Origin: an uncultured bacterium | GTDB lineage: Bacteria; Bacteroidota; Rhodothermia; Balneolales; DATFMH01 | Length of the DNA stretch: 64,000 bases | Assembly: GCA_963787205.1 (NCBI GenBank) | Contig: CAWBCD010000021.1 | Location: 92,714 to 156,713, forward strand | Direction: 5' to 3' | In this document: positions 9,557-20,575 of the stretch, piece after piece | Layout: every line of letters begins with the position of its first letter | How positions within the stretch are numbered: position 1 is the stretch's first letter | The notes under the pieces: generated by a model | The model's database searches: none | Told to the model about the DNA's origin: nothing | What the model saw: the letters and a program-made list of their open reading frames with translations, nothing else | Program-made: the position numbers and the translations under genes

Positions 9557-10003
9557 TTATGAAGCCAGAGAGGCTACACGCCGGAATGTGTTAAAAAGTA
9601 CTTTTACTTTTCCCGAAAGATTTTGTAATTCTTTATCGGCCACTTCATCACCTTCGAGCAAGCGGCTGAATCCGGTGATTTTTTGCTCTGCCATTGATGG
9701 TGTGATCTTTCTGAATCCCATTTTCCAGTCAGGAAAATCCCGCGTGTCAGAATACTCGGCCAGCAGACGGATTATGTTGGTGTGTCTCTTGTCCTTTTTA
9801 ACCACTTGAAATAGGGATTCCACCTCTTCTCTTGGTCCTTCAAGTAATTGAATAAAATTACCTCCCGAATAGAGCAATACGCCAGTGACACCCCTCCTTT
9901 TGTTATTATTTATAGATTCCTCCAGAATGGTAAGCAGCTCATGCTCATTGAATGATTCGGTTTCTGAACTCAGGTATATCAACTTGTAAATCTTGTTATC
10001 CAT
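9557..10003 (-). CDS. Stand-alone BLUF (blue-light FAD) sensor protein
   Basis: 148 aa. YKLIYLSS...RRGVTGVLLYSGGNFIQLLEGPREEVESLFQVVKKDKRH is the canonical BLUF core. Confidence 0.85.
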   Translation of the reverse strand: MDNKIYKLIYLSSETESFNEHELLTILEESINNNKRRGVTGVLLYSGGNFIQLLEGPREEVESLFQVVKKDKRHTNIIRLLAEYSDTRDFPDWKMGFRKITPSMAEQKITGFSRLLEGDEVADKELQNLSGKVKVLFNTFRRVASLAS

Positions 10004-10230
10004 CGTTTTTTTCTTTTCGGCAATCCTATGTAATTATTCGTCTGATTAGTGTAACGGATCGATACCCCGATGATTTTCGGGAAAAGCAAGAATCGAAATT
10101 GTCTCTTTTCAGACTACTGCCTCTTATCGAATTTTGGATAACAAATGTTAAAGAAGTATAGAGGAAATTAATGTTCTCGAGGCATTAGTTTATATATTTA
10201 GATATAAATGTTTTTTTTGCTAAGCCCTTT

Positions 10231-12138
10231 CTAATCTTCCTGGAAATCTTCGTAGTCGGTGAGTGTCTTTGGCGGGATGGCGACCCGCAAGGCATTGGCT
10301 ACGGCAAAGACATCGATTATCTCTTGTGCGACGGCACCGGCAACCGGTGGCAGCATGCCGACAGCGGCGAAGATCATCCCGACGAGGCTCAAAGCCATGC
10401 CACCTACGGCACTTTGCAAGGCGATGGTGCGCATCCGGCGTCCGATATGCATGAGTTCATCCACACGCTGCAGGGAGCTGTCGAGGATCACGGCCCCGGC
10501 GGCTTCTGTGATGATATCGCTGGCCTGTCCAAATGCAATTCCGACAGTTGCCGCTGTGAGGGCTGGGGCGTCGTTAATGCCATCACCCAGGAAAACCGTA
10601 TTGGCCTGTGCCGTTTCTTTTCGCACCAGTGCCAGTTTCTCTTCCGGGCTTTGCCCCGCGTAAACCTCTTTGATGCCAACCTTTTCCGCCAGGTATTTTA
10701 CTTCCGATTCCCGGTCTCCGGATATAAGAAGGATCCGCTCAAAACGGTGAAGTTTCTTCAGGTGACCAATAAACGGGGACCCTTCGGTCCGGGGTTCATC
10801 ACGGAATTGAAAAGTAGCAGCATAACGATCATCTATTAAGATCACGCACTCCATGCCACCTGATAGTGGTGGTATTTTTGAAGCAAATTCGGGTTGGATC
10901 GAAGTGAGTTTTTTGCGGCTCGTGATACGGAGGGATTGTCCTTTAACAATTCCCTGTAACCCTTCTCCGGGATGTTCACTTACCTGCCCTGCTTCAGGAA
11001 AATCAAGCTTTTCGTGCCGTGCTGCTTCAATGATGGCCGACGATAGGGGGTGCCTCGAGTAACGTTCCAGGCTGGCAACAAGCGAGAGAACTTCTTTCCG
11101 ATCGAACTCGTCTTCTATATGAATTTCCGTCAGTTTGGGCTGACCGTATGTCAGAGTACCGGTCTTGTCGAACATGGCCACACGGCATGTTTCTATCTTC
11201 TCGAGTACCGCCGGATCCTTGATGATGATGCCCCGCCGGGCAGCAAGGGATATGGATCCGATAATCGACACAGGTATAGCAATTAACAGCGGACAGGGTG
11301 TGGCAACTACAAGCACGGCAAGGAAAAGGACCGGGTTTCCACTTATCACCCACGCCAGAATAGCGATAGCGACAGCCACTGGCGTGTAAACGGCACCGAG
11401 TTGATCACCTAATCGTCGCATATGCGGCCGCTGCTGTTCCGACTCGCGCATGACCTGCATGATCTTCGCATAGCGAGAGTCGACGGGAAGCTTATCGGCC
11501 CGTATGGTGAGTGCAGTCTCTCCATTGATGGCACCTGAAAGAACCGTGGAACCTGGTGCTTTGGAGAGTACGTAGGGTTCACCCGTAAGGTATGATTCAT
11601 CCATGGATCCATGACCGTCAACAATAGTGCCGTCAACCGGGCAAATTTCGTGCGGAAAGACCACCAGCAAGTCTCCGATGACGACATCATCAAGCTGGAG
11701 ATCTTTTACATCACCGTTTTGCTTGCGATGTGCTTCCGATGGCATACGTTTGGCCAGTGCCTGAAGCACCGACGAGGCATTTTGCACAGCATATGCTTCA
11801 AGCGTTTCCCCCCCGGATAACATCAGGACGACCAGCGTTCCAGCAAGGTATTCCCCCAATAGCACCGCAGTCACAATGGAAATACCTGCCAGCAGATCTG
11901 AGCTGAATTCAAAACGAATGATATTCCGGGCGAGATCAAAAACAAGAGGTATCCCACCTAAAACGAGTGCTGCGAATAATGGGATATCGTACATGGGATG
12001 CCCAAAAACCAGCCAGTCGGTATGAAACAGATAACGCATCAAGAGATGTGAAACGATAGCCAGGATTGCTATGGCGGCTATATATCCCTCCTTAGGATAT
12101 CGTCTCAGGAAACTGTAAGAACCTTCTGGCTGGATCAT
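10231..12138 (-). CDS. P1B-type heavy-metal-translocating ATPase with TPC(P) transmembrane motif
   Basis: 635 aa with DKTGTLT, TGEP and GDGINDAP. The metal-binding helix reads [12 protein letters not shown], where CPC is replaced by TPC. There is no N-terminal CxxC/HMA domain. Confidence 0.9.
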   Translation of the reverse strand: MIQPEGSYSFLRRYPKEGYIAAIAILAIVSHLLMRYLFHTDWLVFGHPMYDIPLFAALVLGGIPLVFDLARNIIRFEFSSDLLAGISIVTAVLLGEYLAGTLVVLMLSGGETLEAYAVQNASSVLQALAKRMPSEAHRKQNGDVKDLQLDDVVIGDLLVVFPHEICPVDGTIVDGHGSMDESYLTGEPYVLSKAPGSTVLSGAINGETALTIRADKLPVDSRYAKIMQVMRESEQQRPHMRRLGDQLGAVYTPVAVAIAILAWVISGNPVLFLAVLVVATPCPLLIAIPVSIIGSISLAARRGIIIKDPAVLEKIETCRVAMFDKTGTLTYGQPKLTEIHIEDEFDRKEVLSLVASLERYSRHPLSSAIIEAARHEKLDFPEAGQVSEHPGEGLQGIVKGQSLRITSRKKLTSIQPEFASKIPPLSGGMECVILIDDRYAATFQFRDEPRTEGSPFIGHLKKLHRFERILLISGDRESEVKYLAEKVGIKEVYAGQSPEEKLALVRKETAQANTVFLGDGINDAPALTAATVGIAFGQASDIITEAAGAVILDSSLQRVDELMHIGRRMRTIALQSAVGGMALSLVGMIFAAVGMLPPVAGAVAQEIIDVFAVANALRVAIPPKTLTDYEDFQED

Positions 12139-12531
12139 TGAGCAAAGGAATTATACCGAACTATAGTCGAGGTTTTTTTGCAAAGCCTCCTAACTACCTG
12201 CGAAAAGTATCAAAAGATACATGCAGAAAAGTGAACTTTTCATGTCTCTATTATTACAAAATTGATGAATACTGATAGGCGTTTCCCATCCTCATTGATC
12301 GGAATTTCTCATGCTGGAATTACGTCAGGGGGGAGTTATCGTATTTGGAGAGGTTCCTTCCCCGCATTGTCCCTCGTGCAGGATTGAGAATACTTATATA
12401 TTAACGAATGTAATCCCTTTTACACCTTATTAAACATCGCTGTTTCTGCACCACGACTAAAAAAACGGGCAATCACATATTCGCCGGCTTTCAGACCTGA
12501 TACCGTGCCGTGAAACTGTCCGCTCTGGAAA

Positions 12532-12720
12532 TTATCTGCTCGACGTATACCGGGGTTCTTTTCCAATCCAGAAATACAGTACCATCCCGATAAACGGAAG
12601 CAGGATGATGACGGCAATCCAGAGCAACTTCTTACCGGTGCTCGCTGCACTTTTTAAGCAATCGTAGACGGCCACGATATCAAGTATCAATATGATGAGT
12701 TTTATGAGGCCAAATAACAT
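12532..12720 (-). CDS. Small membrane protein, PLDc_N (cardiolipin-synthase N-terminal-like) family
   Basis: 62 aa with two TM helices. LLWIAVIILLPFIGMVLYF is typical of the family. Confidence 0.6.
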   Translation of the reverse strand: MLFGLIKLIILILDIVAVYDCLKSAASTGKKLLWIAVIILLPFIGMVLYFWIGKEPRYTSSR

Positions 12721-13067
12721 GGTTTTTCTCTAGTGTTTATGGATGCATACACATTATACTGCTGACATGCACCACAAGTTTCATAGCCAATCCAAAAATT
12801 GAATATACAAATTGAGATGAACCCTCATGGCTGAATGTGATACCGCATGATCGGCGATTATACGAATGACGGGCTACTTCCGAAAATCCGGTTTCCAGAT
12901 AAACCCAGTTATCAGGAGTAAGAGGTTTAAATGAATAGTCCGTAGCAACAGACATATTTGTTTTCTACAGACTTATGATTCACCTACAAGTTATGGAGTG
13001 ATAATAAGATAGGATGCAAGATGATAATCTTTCGGCACAAAAATAGAGTAATAGCCATCCCCCAGAG

Positions 13068-14216
13068 TTAATCTGGTATGGTTACTTTAAGTACCTCACC
13101 CGCTCCGTCCGGGGCGCCAAAACCAAGAGCCGATACATAGATGTTCCCATCGGGACCAAATGTCATTCCGGTGGGAAGATTGAGTCCGTCGGCAATGACC
13201 ACTCTTTTACCCGAATTATCTAAGCGTATAATTTTACCAGAATTCGGAATAGGGCCCGGACTGCTCATGGAGGTGTTCTCCAGTACATAGATACGCCGAT
13301 GCTGGTCAATCAGGATTCCAAGAATTGTGGTAAACCCGCTGGCCCAGACTTTTATTTGTCCGCTAGGGGTTACCTTGAAAATGTTGGAGCTTCCCTCGAC
13401 AATCGGAAACGTGTCAAGATTTCCCAAAAAGAAATTTCCATTGTAGGCTACAACAGTAGGGACAATGTGTCCCTGCGTCGCCGACACATCGATAACCCGG
13501 TTAATTTGACCTGAAGTGGTGACACGCACCATCTCTCCATGATTGGGTTCGACAGCATAAAGGTTATCTTTCACATTGATCATGCCGTACCACGTTCCAT
13601 CGGGTTCAAAATCTTCTTCTTCAGGATGAGCGACCGGATGTGACTGCTGCCAGACACTGAGATTGGCAATCATAGTCCACGACATGTCCGGGTTGATTCG
13701 AATAATTCCATTTGGGATTGATTCAACGCCGTGAGAGCACCCCGCTCCAGCGAGAAGCGCATAGAGCGTATGATTGATGAATGCTACATCGGCCACCCCC
13801 ATTTTCAGACCCCCTGTTACTGGGGATGTTTGGCTTGATGGCAGGTTATCAACATAAGTCGTCCTTTGTCCTGATGGACTGATTCTTGAAATCCTGCTTC
13901 CATTAATACTTCCCTTGTATGGACCTATGGGGGGAATGACTTGGTCACAAGCATTAGTTGTGGAATCAGTACCGCCTATTCCTGCCTCAGCTACATATAA
14001 ATAGCCATCTGGTCCGAATTTGAGTCCGCGAGGATTATTTAACCCTGTCGCAAAGACTGTGACAGGGCCCATATTTGGTACTTCAGGACTGCTCTTATGC
14101 ACAGATAGTGGTTCCGATACCGTATTGTCCTGAGGTTTGGTGAGATCGTTTTTACAGGAGATTAGCAGAAACAGTAATCCGGTTAATAGGACGAAGACGC
14201 TTGATACACGTTTCAT
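13068..14216 (-). CDS. Beta-propeller lipoprotein (ScyD/ScyE-like / NHL-type repeats)
   Basis: 382 aa with lipobox LLISC and repeated motifs NPRGLKFGPDGYLYVAEAG and PTGMTFGPDGNIYV. Confidence 0.6.
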   Translation of the reverse strand: MKRVSSVFVLLTGLLFLLISCKNDLTKPQDNTVSEPLSVHKSSPEVPNMGPVTVFATGLNNPRGLKFGPDGYLYVAEAGIGGTDSTTNACDQVIPPIGPYKGSINGSRISRISPSGQRTTYVDNLPSSQTSPVTGGLKMGVADVAFINHTLYALLAGAGCSHGVESIPNGIIRINPDMSWTMIANLSVWQQSHPVAHPEEEDFEPDGTWYGMINVKDNLYAVEPNHGEMVRVTTSGQINRVIDVSATQGHIVPTVVAYNGNFFLGNLDTFPIVEGSSNIFKVTPSGQIKVWASGFTTILGILIDQHRRIYVLENTSMSSPGPIPNSGKIIRLDNSGKRVVIADGLNLPTGMTFGPDGNIYVSALGFGAPDGAGEVLKVTIPD

Positions 14217-15201
14217 AAAGGCCTCCTTAATTAATAAACAGTAAGAGAGAATAGAAAAAAAGGATAATGCTATACCAGCCAGGAAAGGACCTGGTCGGCA
14301 ATAGTTAAATCACCTAAGATGTTATGATGTCCCTCAACAAATCGCTTTGGTGATTAATCAACACGCGGCAAGATTCATATGGTTCGCAGAATTGAATAAG
14401 TCTAGTGATGGTTTTACCTGGTTTGAAATCCTGCTTATCATGTTACTATATAACGATACGTAAATGTATAATAAATTAATAAATAACAACATTATAAATT
14501 GTTTATTCGCATCATTGAATGATGGCCGTTATGTCTGCCAATCACAAAGTCGTTACATGCAATATAGAAATCAGTATTACTTCGATTCGTTGGTGAAGCT
14601 ATAAGTGTATTTGTTGGGTAACATATCATCTCAGAAAGAAGAATAGAGGCAATGTATATCATGTGTATAGCCCTAATCAATTGTCAGAGAACAACTCATG
14701 CTCCTTTATGGTAAACAAAGCTATTTCTTGTGATATCTTGTTATTTATCGAATAAATAATTGTTTTATTTTTGTTTGAAATTATTTTTATGGAATATATA
14801 TGTTGAAAGTATCGTACATAATTAACAATTTTTTATTGTGTTTACTAATTTTATTTTATTCACATATATGTAATTTTAAATAAAAATTACAGCCTTATTG
14901 AGTGCTTTAATATTATGTTAATATTAATATTTATGGGGATTTATATTTATTCTTGGTAAGACCATTTGTAAAGGTAATCTTTAGATATATGCGTTGCTTA
15001 TTAAGTAAAAAAAAACGATATATTACTGTATTACCTGATCTTGTCTTTACTTCGTGATTTCTATCTTATTAGGCGGCTCTAAAATAAAATATTGAGGTTG
15101 TTTGTCGGTTGTTACTTCCTGATGTGTCGCGGTAAAATAAAGTATTATTAAATACATTTTTAAATTAAATCATAATACTTTCGTGTTAAATATTTATATC
15201 T
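14217..15201. other. About 1-kb strongly AT-rich non-coding island upstream of the ECF sigma gene
   Basis: No credible ORF. Long A/T runs. AT hairpin TGTAATTTT-aaata-AAAATTACA at 14869-14891. Composition is visibly different from the flanking genes. Confidence 0.7.
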
Positions 15202-15762
15202 GTGAAAATTTTAAGAAATAGAAATTCAGATATATGTCATGACATAAGTGTTGGAAACAGGGACGCCCTGTCTTTTTTATTTAATGAATATTATTCCCAT
15301 TTGTACAATTATGGTATGAAATTGCTTCATCGAAATGATGAAATGATTAAGGATTGTATACAAGATGTTTTTTTGTCAATTTGGATCAATAGGGAGCGAA
15401 TTGCAGAAGTAAAATCAATTAAATCCTACCTGTTTTCGGCACTCAGGTTTACAGTTTATGATGAGCTTGAGAAATCCAAAACAAGGTTGATAAGGGAGAA
15501 TAAATATCATGAGGATATGGATTCTGAACTTTATGATATTGAACAACTTATGATTCATTTTGAGATTAAAATGGAGAGGAAGAATCTTGTAGAGGAGTCT
15601 TTGAAAAAACTAAGCAAAAGAAAAAAAGAGGCTATTTATCTGAGGTTTTTTCAGGGTTTGAGCAATGAGGAAATTGCAAGCGTAATGAATATAAACACGC
15701 AAAGTGTGTATAACCTGATTTCCGAATCAATTAGCCAACTGCAGCGTCTTGTTGATAAATAA
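15202..15762 (+). CDS. ECF-type RNA polymerase sigma-70 factor
   Basis: 186 aa with a GTG start. Region-2-like DCIQDVFLSIW and region-4 HTH LSNEEIASVMNINTQSVYNLISES. Confidence 0.85.
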   Translation: MKILRNRNSDICHDISVGNRDALSFLFNEYYSHLYNYGMKLLHRNDEMIKDCIQDVFLSIWINRERIAEVKSIKSYLFSALRFTVYDELEKSKTRLIRENKYHEDMDSELYDIEQLMIHFEIKMERKNLVEESLKKLSKRKKEAIYLRFFQGLSNEEIASVMNINTQSVYNLISESISQLQRLVDK

Positions 15763-15976
15763 CACAATTACGGAGTTGTTCACCAAATCCGTTTTTTGAT
15801 TTTTCCCTGTTTCATATTTCAATTATTATCAATCATTTGTCTTTGCGCGGATAAACTTTTCTCGGAGTGCGGTTAATTTTTTTTTAAAAAAAACCAGTAG
15901 AAACTCATCCAGGCCCCGACTATATACCAGAAAATCTCAGTTAGATAGCATTTTTTGGAAATATAGTTGTTAATCG

Positions 15977-17041
15977 ATGAGCAAAGAACGTAAGAATATT
16001 AATGACTTACTTAATGATGATTCTTTTATTCGCTGGGTAAATAAATCTGCCAGCGAGAAGGAGATATCATTTTGGGAAGCGTGGCTTGCATCGGATCCCG
16101 GGCATGAAAAAATCTTCTCAGCCGCACTAAAGTATTTAGGTTTTCCTTTCAAACAATTTGATATCCCGGACCGAGTTGTTCAGAGTCAGTTGCGTTCGTT
16201 GAATGCTAAAATTGACAACTACGAAGAGTCAAACTCAGCCAGAGTTCGGCCACTCGGGGACCAGATTCCGAAGAGAAAAACCCACTTCCTTAGGTATGCA
16301 TCCGCTGCTATTATTGCATTGACTATTGGAGTAATAACTATTGTTTACAACAACCAGCCTGTTCAGAAAGCGAGACAGGTTGCATATGGCAGCATTCATG
16401 TCCCATTTGGAAAGCACGAGCTGATCAGGCTTGCTGACGGATCAGAAATCATACTGAATGCCAACTCTGATCTTCGATATCCGATCAAAACAAGTAAAAA
16501 TCAATCTCTGGACATCTGGTTAAGCGGGGAAGCCTATTTTTCCGTAGTTCACAATCCCAATGGTGCCCACAGGATATTCCGGGTTCACACGGATGATGGG
16601 GTTATCAGGGATATCGGTACTCAGTTTGATGTCAGTACCCGAAATAATACAACAAGAGTGGTATTGGTCGAGGGTGAAGTGGAGCTTAAACCATCTCAGA
16701 CGAACAACGCCAATCCAGGGTATGTGAAAATGAAACCTGGTGAGATGGCAAGTTTCAGTATGGTGGATCCGACAGTAAACCTGATTCAGGTAAATACGGA
16801 AGTCTACACATCCTGGATTCACAATAAGCTTGTCTTTGACAATACCCCCCTGGATGAAGCCATTCAATCTATTGAAAATTATTACGGAGTAAAGATCGAG
16901 GTGACCAGCCGGGATGTCTTGAAACAACGGATCTCGGGTACAATCAGAAATACGGATTTAGCAACTGTATTAAAAGGACTTAGCAATATTTTGGACCTGA
17001 AAATTGAACACAAAGATAACATCATACTCTTGAATAAATGA
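15977..17041 (+). CDS. FecR-family anti-sigma factor
   Basis: 354 aa with a central TM segment (AAIIALTIGVITIV) and a FecR-like periplasmic domain. It sits between the sigma and SusC genes. Confidence 0.85.
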   Translation: MSKERKNINDLLNDDSFIRWVNKSASEKEISFWEAWLASDPGHEKIFSAALKYLGFPFKQFDIPDRVVQSQLRSLNAKIDNYEESNSARVRPLGDQIPKRKTHFLRYASAAIIALTIGVITIVYNNQPVQKARQVAYGSIHVPFGKHELIRLADGSEIILNANSDLRYPIKTSKNQSLDIWLSGEAYFSVVHNPNGAHRIFRVHTDDGVIRDIGTQFDVSTRNNTTRVVLVEGEVELKPSQTNNANPGYVKMKPGEMASFSMVDPTVNLIQVNTEVYTSWIHNKLVFDNTPLDEAIQSIENYYGVKIEVTSRDVLKQRISGTIRNTDLATVLKGLSNILDLKIEHKDNIILLNK

Positions 17042-17055
17042 TAATAGGAGTCAAC

Positions 17056-20000
17056 ATGAAAAAAAGGATACGATCCTTTCTTTTACTACTAACCATTTTG
17101 GGTTTTACCTCATGTTTGTATTCGGCAAAAGCACAGGCATATACCAATGAACAAAAGCTTTTGTCGGACAATAGTTCAGGAATAATAAGTTTGAAAAATG
17201 TCCTGAAAACGATTGAGCAAAAATATGATGTGACATTTCTGTACAAAACCGACTTGGTAACCGACAAATATGTTTCGCAGTCGAAAGCGCTTTCGACTGA
17301 TTTGTTTCAGTTACTGTATGCCACACTCAGAGACAATAACCTTCGCCTGAAGCGAATGGGGAAAACGTTGTATGTGATTCTGCCGGCCGAAGACATTAAA
17401 AAGCCGGGTAAGACCGAGATTAAGGAGTTTCCCGTTCATGGAAAAGTAACCGATGCAAAGACGGGAGAGGCTTTACCCGGAGTTAATATTATGCTAAAGG
17501 GTACGGAAAAAAAGAATATTATCGGTACTACAACAGATGGAAATGGTAATTACGCATTGAAAGTACCCGATTCTCAGGGGATATTACTGTTCTCATACAT
17601 CGGGTATAAAACGGCTGTTATACACATTAATGGTCACGAAGTGATCAATGTTGGTCTGCAGGATACGACTATCGGAGGGAAGGAAGTTGTCGTGACGGCT
17701 CTTGGCATTAAACGACATGAGAGATCTCTCGGATATTCTGTTCAAACTGTGAAGGGCAGTTCACTGCAAAAGGTTCAGGGGGTGGATGTTGAAACCTCGT
17801 TAACCGGAAAAGTCGCAGGCCTTTTGGTTGAAAATGGTACCGGATTTACTGATGAACCGACGATCACACTACGTGGGGAAACACCTTTATTGGTCATCGA
17901 CGGAGTACCTTATACCAATCTGACCTTAAGAGATGTACCCGCTGACAATATCAAGAATATCAGTGTTCTGAAGGGTGCAACTGCCTCTGCGTTGTATGGA
18001 GACCGGGGCGCAAGTGGTGCTATTATGGTGACCACCAAAAACGGCAGCGGTGCAAAGAAGGGCTTGACGGTATCCTATAATGCCAACACAATGTTTAATG
18101 CCGGATTTTTGGCCATTCCCAAAGTGCAATCGACTTATGGGCGGAAAGTTAATACGGCGACAAATACGTATGCACGTACAGCCGACGGGTCCTGGGGGGT
18201 TCCAATGGATGGAAGACAGGTCATTCAGTGGGATCCAATTTCTAAATCTTTAAAATCAATGCCGTACCTGCCAATAGGCAAGAATAATTTTAAGAATTTT
18301 TTACAGCCAGGTTACATAATGAATAATAACCTGAGCGTGACCGAAAATGGCGATTTAGGGAGTCTTCGTGCCGCAGCATCGTGGCTGCAAAATAAGGGGC
18401 AATATCCTAACTCGATGTTTAACAAGATCACTTATAATCTGGCTGGAGAAATGCAGAAGAATCAGTTTTCTTTATCCTCCAGCCTTTCCTTTACCCATCA
18501 GTACACTCCTAATATGGGATTCAGAGGATATACAGGTTATAATCCAATGTACAGCATGCTCATCTGGGGGTCTCCCGATTATAATGTTCTCCAATACAAA
18601 AATTACTGGCTCGTGCCCAACGAATCTCAAAATGACAGTTATACCTCTGCAGTGAATAATCCCTATTTCAATGCCTATCAAAGAACACATAGCGAAAGCC
18701 GGGACGTATTCAATGGAAGTCTTGCTTTAAAATATGATATCAGGCCTTGGCTTAAAGCGACATATCGCGTGGGCTTTGATACCTATAATGACAAGCAGGA
18801 AATAACGATTTCGGAGGGTTCGCTGGTAAGTGCTGGTTCCGCCACTGTATTGTTAAATGGATCACAGGTGTGGGGCGAGTCCAAAAAAGGATCTTATAAC
18901 ATGGGTCTCGGCAGAGGCTACGGCGTGAATAACGACCTGTTATTATCCGGCGAAAAAACCATAAAAGACTTTAAAGTGAGCGGTTTTGTCGGCGGTACAA
19001 TTTATTATAAGCAAGATGAAGGTATGGAAGCCCTGACAAGAAGCGGCCTTTCGATTCCGGGATTTTACTCTCTCGCGTCGTCGATAAATCCCGTCAAGGT
19101 TGATTCAAGAATATACAGGCAACAAGTAAACAGTTTGTACGGGCAATTGGCATTGTCATGGAGAAATTTAGTGTATGCCGATGGTACCCTTCGGAACGAT
19201 TGGAGTTCCACAATGCCGGCTTCTAACAGCTCATATATGTATCCATCCGCCTCGTTGAGTTTTGTTGCTTCTCAATTGTTGCCCAAGATGGATTGGCTTT
19301 CATTTTGGAAGCTGAGAGCTTCATGGGCTTCATCGAAAACCCCACCTTCCATTTACGAGGTTAATTCGGTGTATAATATTGATAACAATGCCTGGGGTAA
19401 TTTAAACTCGGCTTCTTATCCCACAACAATTCGGGGAAATAATGTCTTGCCTCAGGCTTCCTCAACGTTAGAATTAGGAACAGCTTTCGATGTTTTTCAA
19501 AACAGGGCTTCGCTGGATGTGGCCGTCTACAAGAAGAGAATGTATGACTTTTTGGTTGCAACAGGTGTTGATCCTGCTTCCGGCTTTTACAGTAATTATG
19601 TGAATACCCAAGAAGAAACTGCACGGAAAGGTGTTGAAATTACAGCCAATGTTACCCCGGTAAGGACTTCAGACTGGCAATGGGACCTGTCGTTGAACTG
19701 GTCGGCATATGCAGAATTCTATACGAAATTGGACTCTGTTTACTCACCGGACAACTCATGGGTGAAAGTTGGAGCAAGAACAGATGCGCTCGTTTTGCAT
19801 GATTTTCTGAGGGATCCTCAGGGGAATATCATTTTCAGCAATGGCTTACCTCAATTTTCCCATTACCTGTCAAAATACGGCAATACGAATCCCGACTGGA
19901 TTTGGGGCGCCAGCACAACGGTTAGCCATAAGAGCTGGACGTTTAGTATCTCCTTTGACGGACGTGTTGGCGGGTTGATACCATCCACTACGGCAATGTA

Positions 20001-20481
20001 CATGTGGATTTCCGGTGCAATGCCAGCCTCAGTTACCCAGGCCCGTTATTTGGACGTAACAAATCCCGGTTCGGCCAATTATGTTGGGAAAGGCGTCAAA
20101 GTTATATCAGGAACGGTCACATACGACACCTATGGCAATATTACGAGTGATACGCGCAAATATGCACCCAATGATGTTGCGGTAACGTACGAGCGATATA
20201 TCAAGGCATTGCATAAAGGAACAGCCTGGGGTGGCTCACCTTCGCCGGTCGATGTCTATAATGCTACGTTTTTTAAGATTAGGGAGATATCGATCACCTA
20301 TAACCTGCCTAAATCTTTATATGGAAAGTTGAATATCAGCGGTGCATCAATTTCTGCAATTGGTCAGAATGTATTCCTGTGGGCGAAACAGTTTAAATAC
20401 TCCGATCCGGACGGGGGTCACGAAAACTTTAGCGCCCCTTCGCAACGCTATCTTGGTTTCAATCTGAAGCTTGATTTCTGA
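17056..20481 (+). CDS. SusC/RagA-family TonB-dependent outer-membrane transducer with N-terminal signalling (STN-like) extension
   Basis: ORF 17038-20481. The likely start is ATG 17056 (MKKRIRSF), preceded by AGGAG. It contains the carboxypeptidase-regulatory-like VHGKVTDAKTGEALPGVNIMLKG, plug and barrel domains, and a terminal F. Confidence 0.9.
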   Translation: MKKRIRSFLLLLTILGFTSCLYSAKAQAYTNEQKLLSDNSSGIISLKNVLKTIEQKYDVTFLYKTDLVTDKYVSQSKALSTDLFQLLYATLRDNNLRLKRMGKTLYVILPAEDIKKPGKTEIKEFPVHGKVTDAKTGEALPGVNIMLKGTEKKNIIGTTTDGNGNYALKVPDSQGILLFSYIGYKTAVIHINGHEVINVGLQDTTIGGKEVVVTALGIKRHERSLGYSVQTVKGSSLQKVQGVDVETSLTGKVAGLLVENGTGFTDEPTITLRGETPLLVIDGVPYTNLTLRDVPADNIKNISVLKGATASALYGDRGASGAIMVTTKNGSGAKKGLTVSYNANTMFNAGFLAIPKVQSTYGRKVNTATNTYARTADGSWGVPMDGRQVIQWDPISKSLKSMPYLPIGKNNFKNFLQPGYIMNNNLSVTENGDLGSLRAAASWLQNKGQYPNSMFNKITYNLAGEMQKNQFSLSSSLSFTHQYTPNMGFRGYTGYNPMYSMLIWGSPDYNVLQYKNYWLVPNESQNDSYTSAVNNPYFNAYQRTHSESRDVFNGSLALKYDIRPWLKATYRVGFDTYNDKQEITISEGSLVSAGSATVLLNGSQVWGESKKGSYNMGLGRGYGVNNDLLLSGEKTIKDFKVSGFVGGTIYYKQDEGMEALTRSGLSIPGFYSLASSINPVKVDSRIYRQQVNSLYGQLALSWRNLVYADGTLRNDWSSTMPASNSSYMYPSASLSFVASQLLPKMDWLSFWKLRASWASSKTPPSIYEVNSVYNIDNNAWGNLNSASYPTTIRGNNVLPQASSTLELGTAFDVFQNRASLDVAVYKKRMYDFLVATGVDPASGFYSNYVNTQEETARKGVEITANVTPVRTSDWQWDLSLNWSAYAEFYTKLDSVYSPDNSWVKVGARTDALVLHDFLRDPQGNIIFSNGLPQFSHYLSKYGNTNPDWIWGASTTVSHKSWTFSISFDGRVGGLIPSTTAMYMWISGAMPASVTQARYLDVTNPGSANYVGKGVKVISGTVTYDTYGNITSDTRKYAPNDVAVTYERYIKALHKGTAWGGSPSPVDVYNATFFKIREISITYNLPKSLYGKLNISGASISAIGQNVFLWAKQFKYSDPDGGHENFSAPSQRYLGFNLKLDF

Positions 20482-20575
20482 GATTGAAATACCAAATGTC
20501 AAATTTATTTTATATAAGATTTTGTTTTAAATATGGTTATGAAGGAACTGGAATATGTTAAAAAATAACTCAAAC

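Noticed and set aside
12420-12955. Short ORFs 12420-12650 and 12737-12955 near the PLDc_N gene.
   Set aside because: The first overlaps the better-supported PLDc_N gene in another frame. The second has no motif and an implausible C-terminus. Both are left unannotated.
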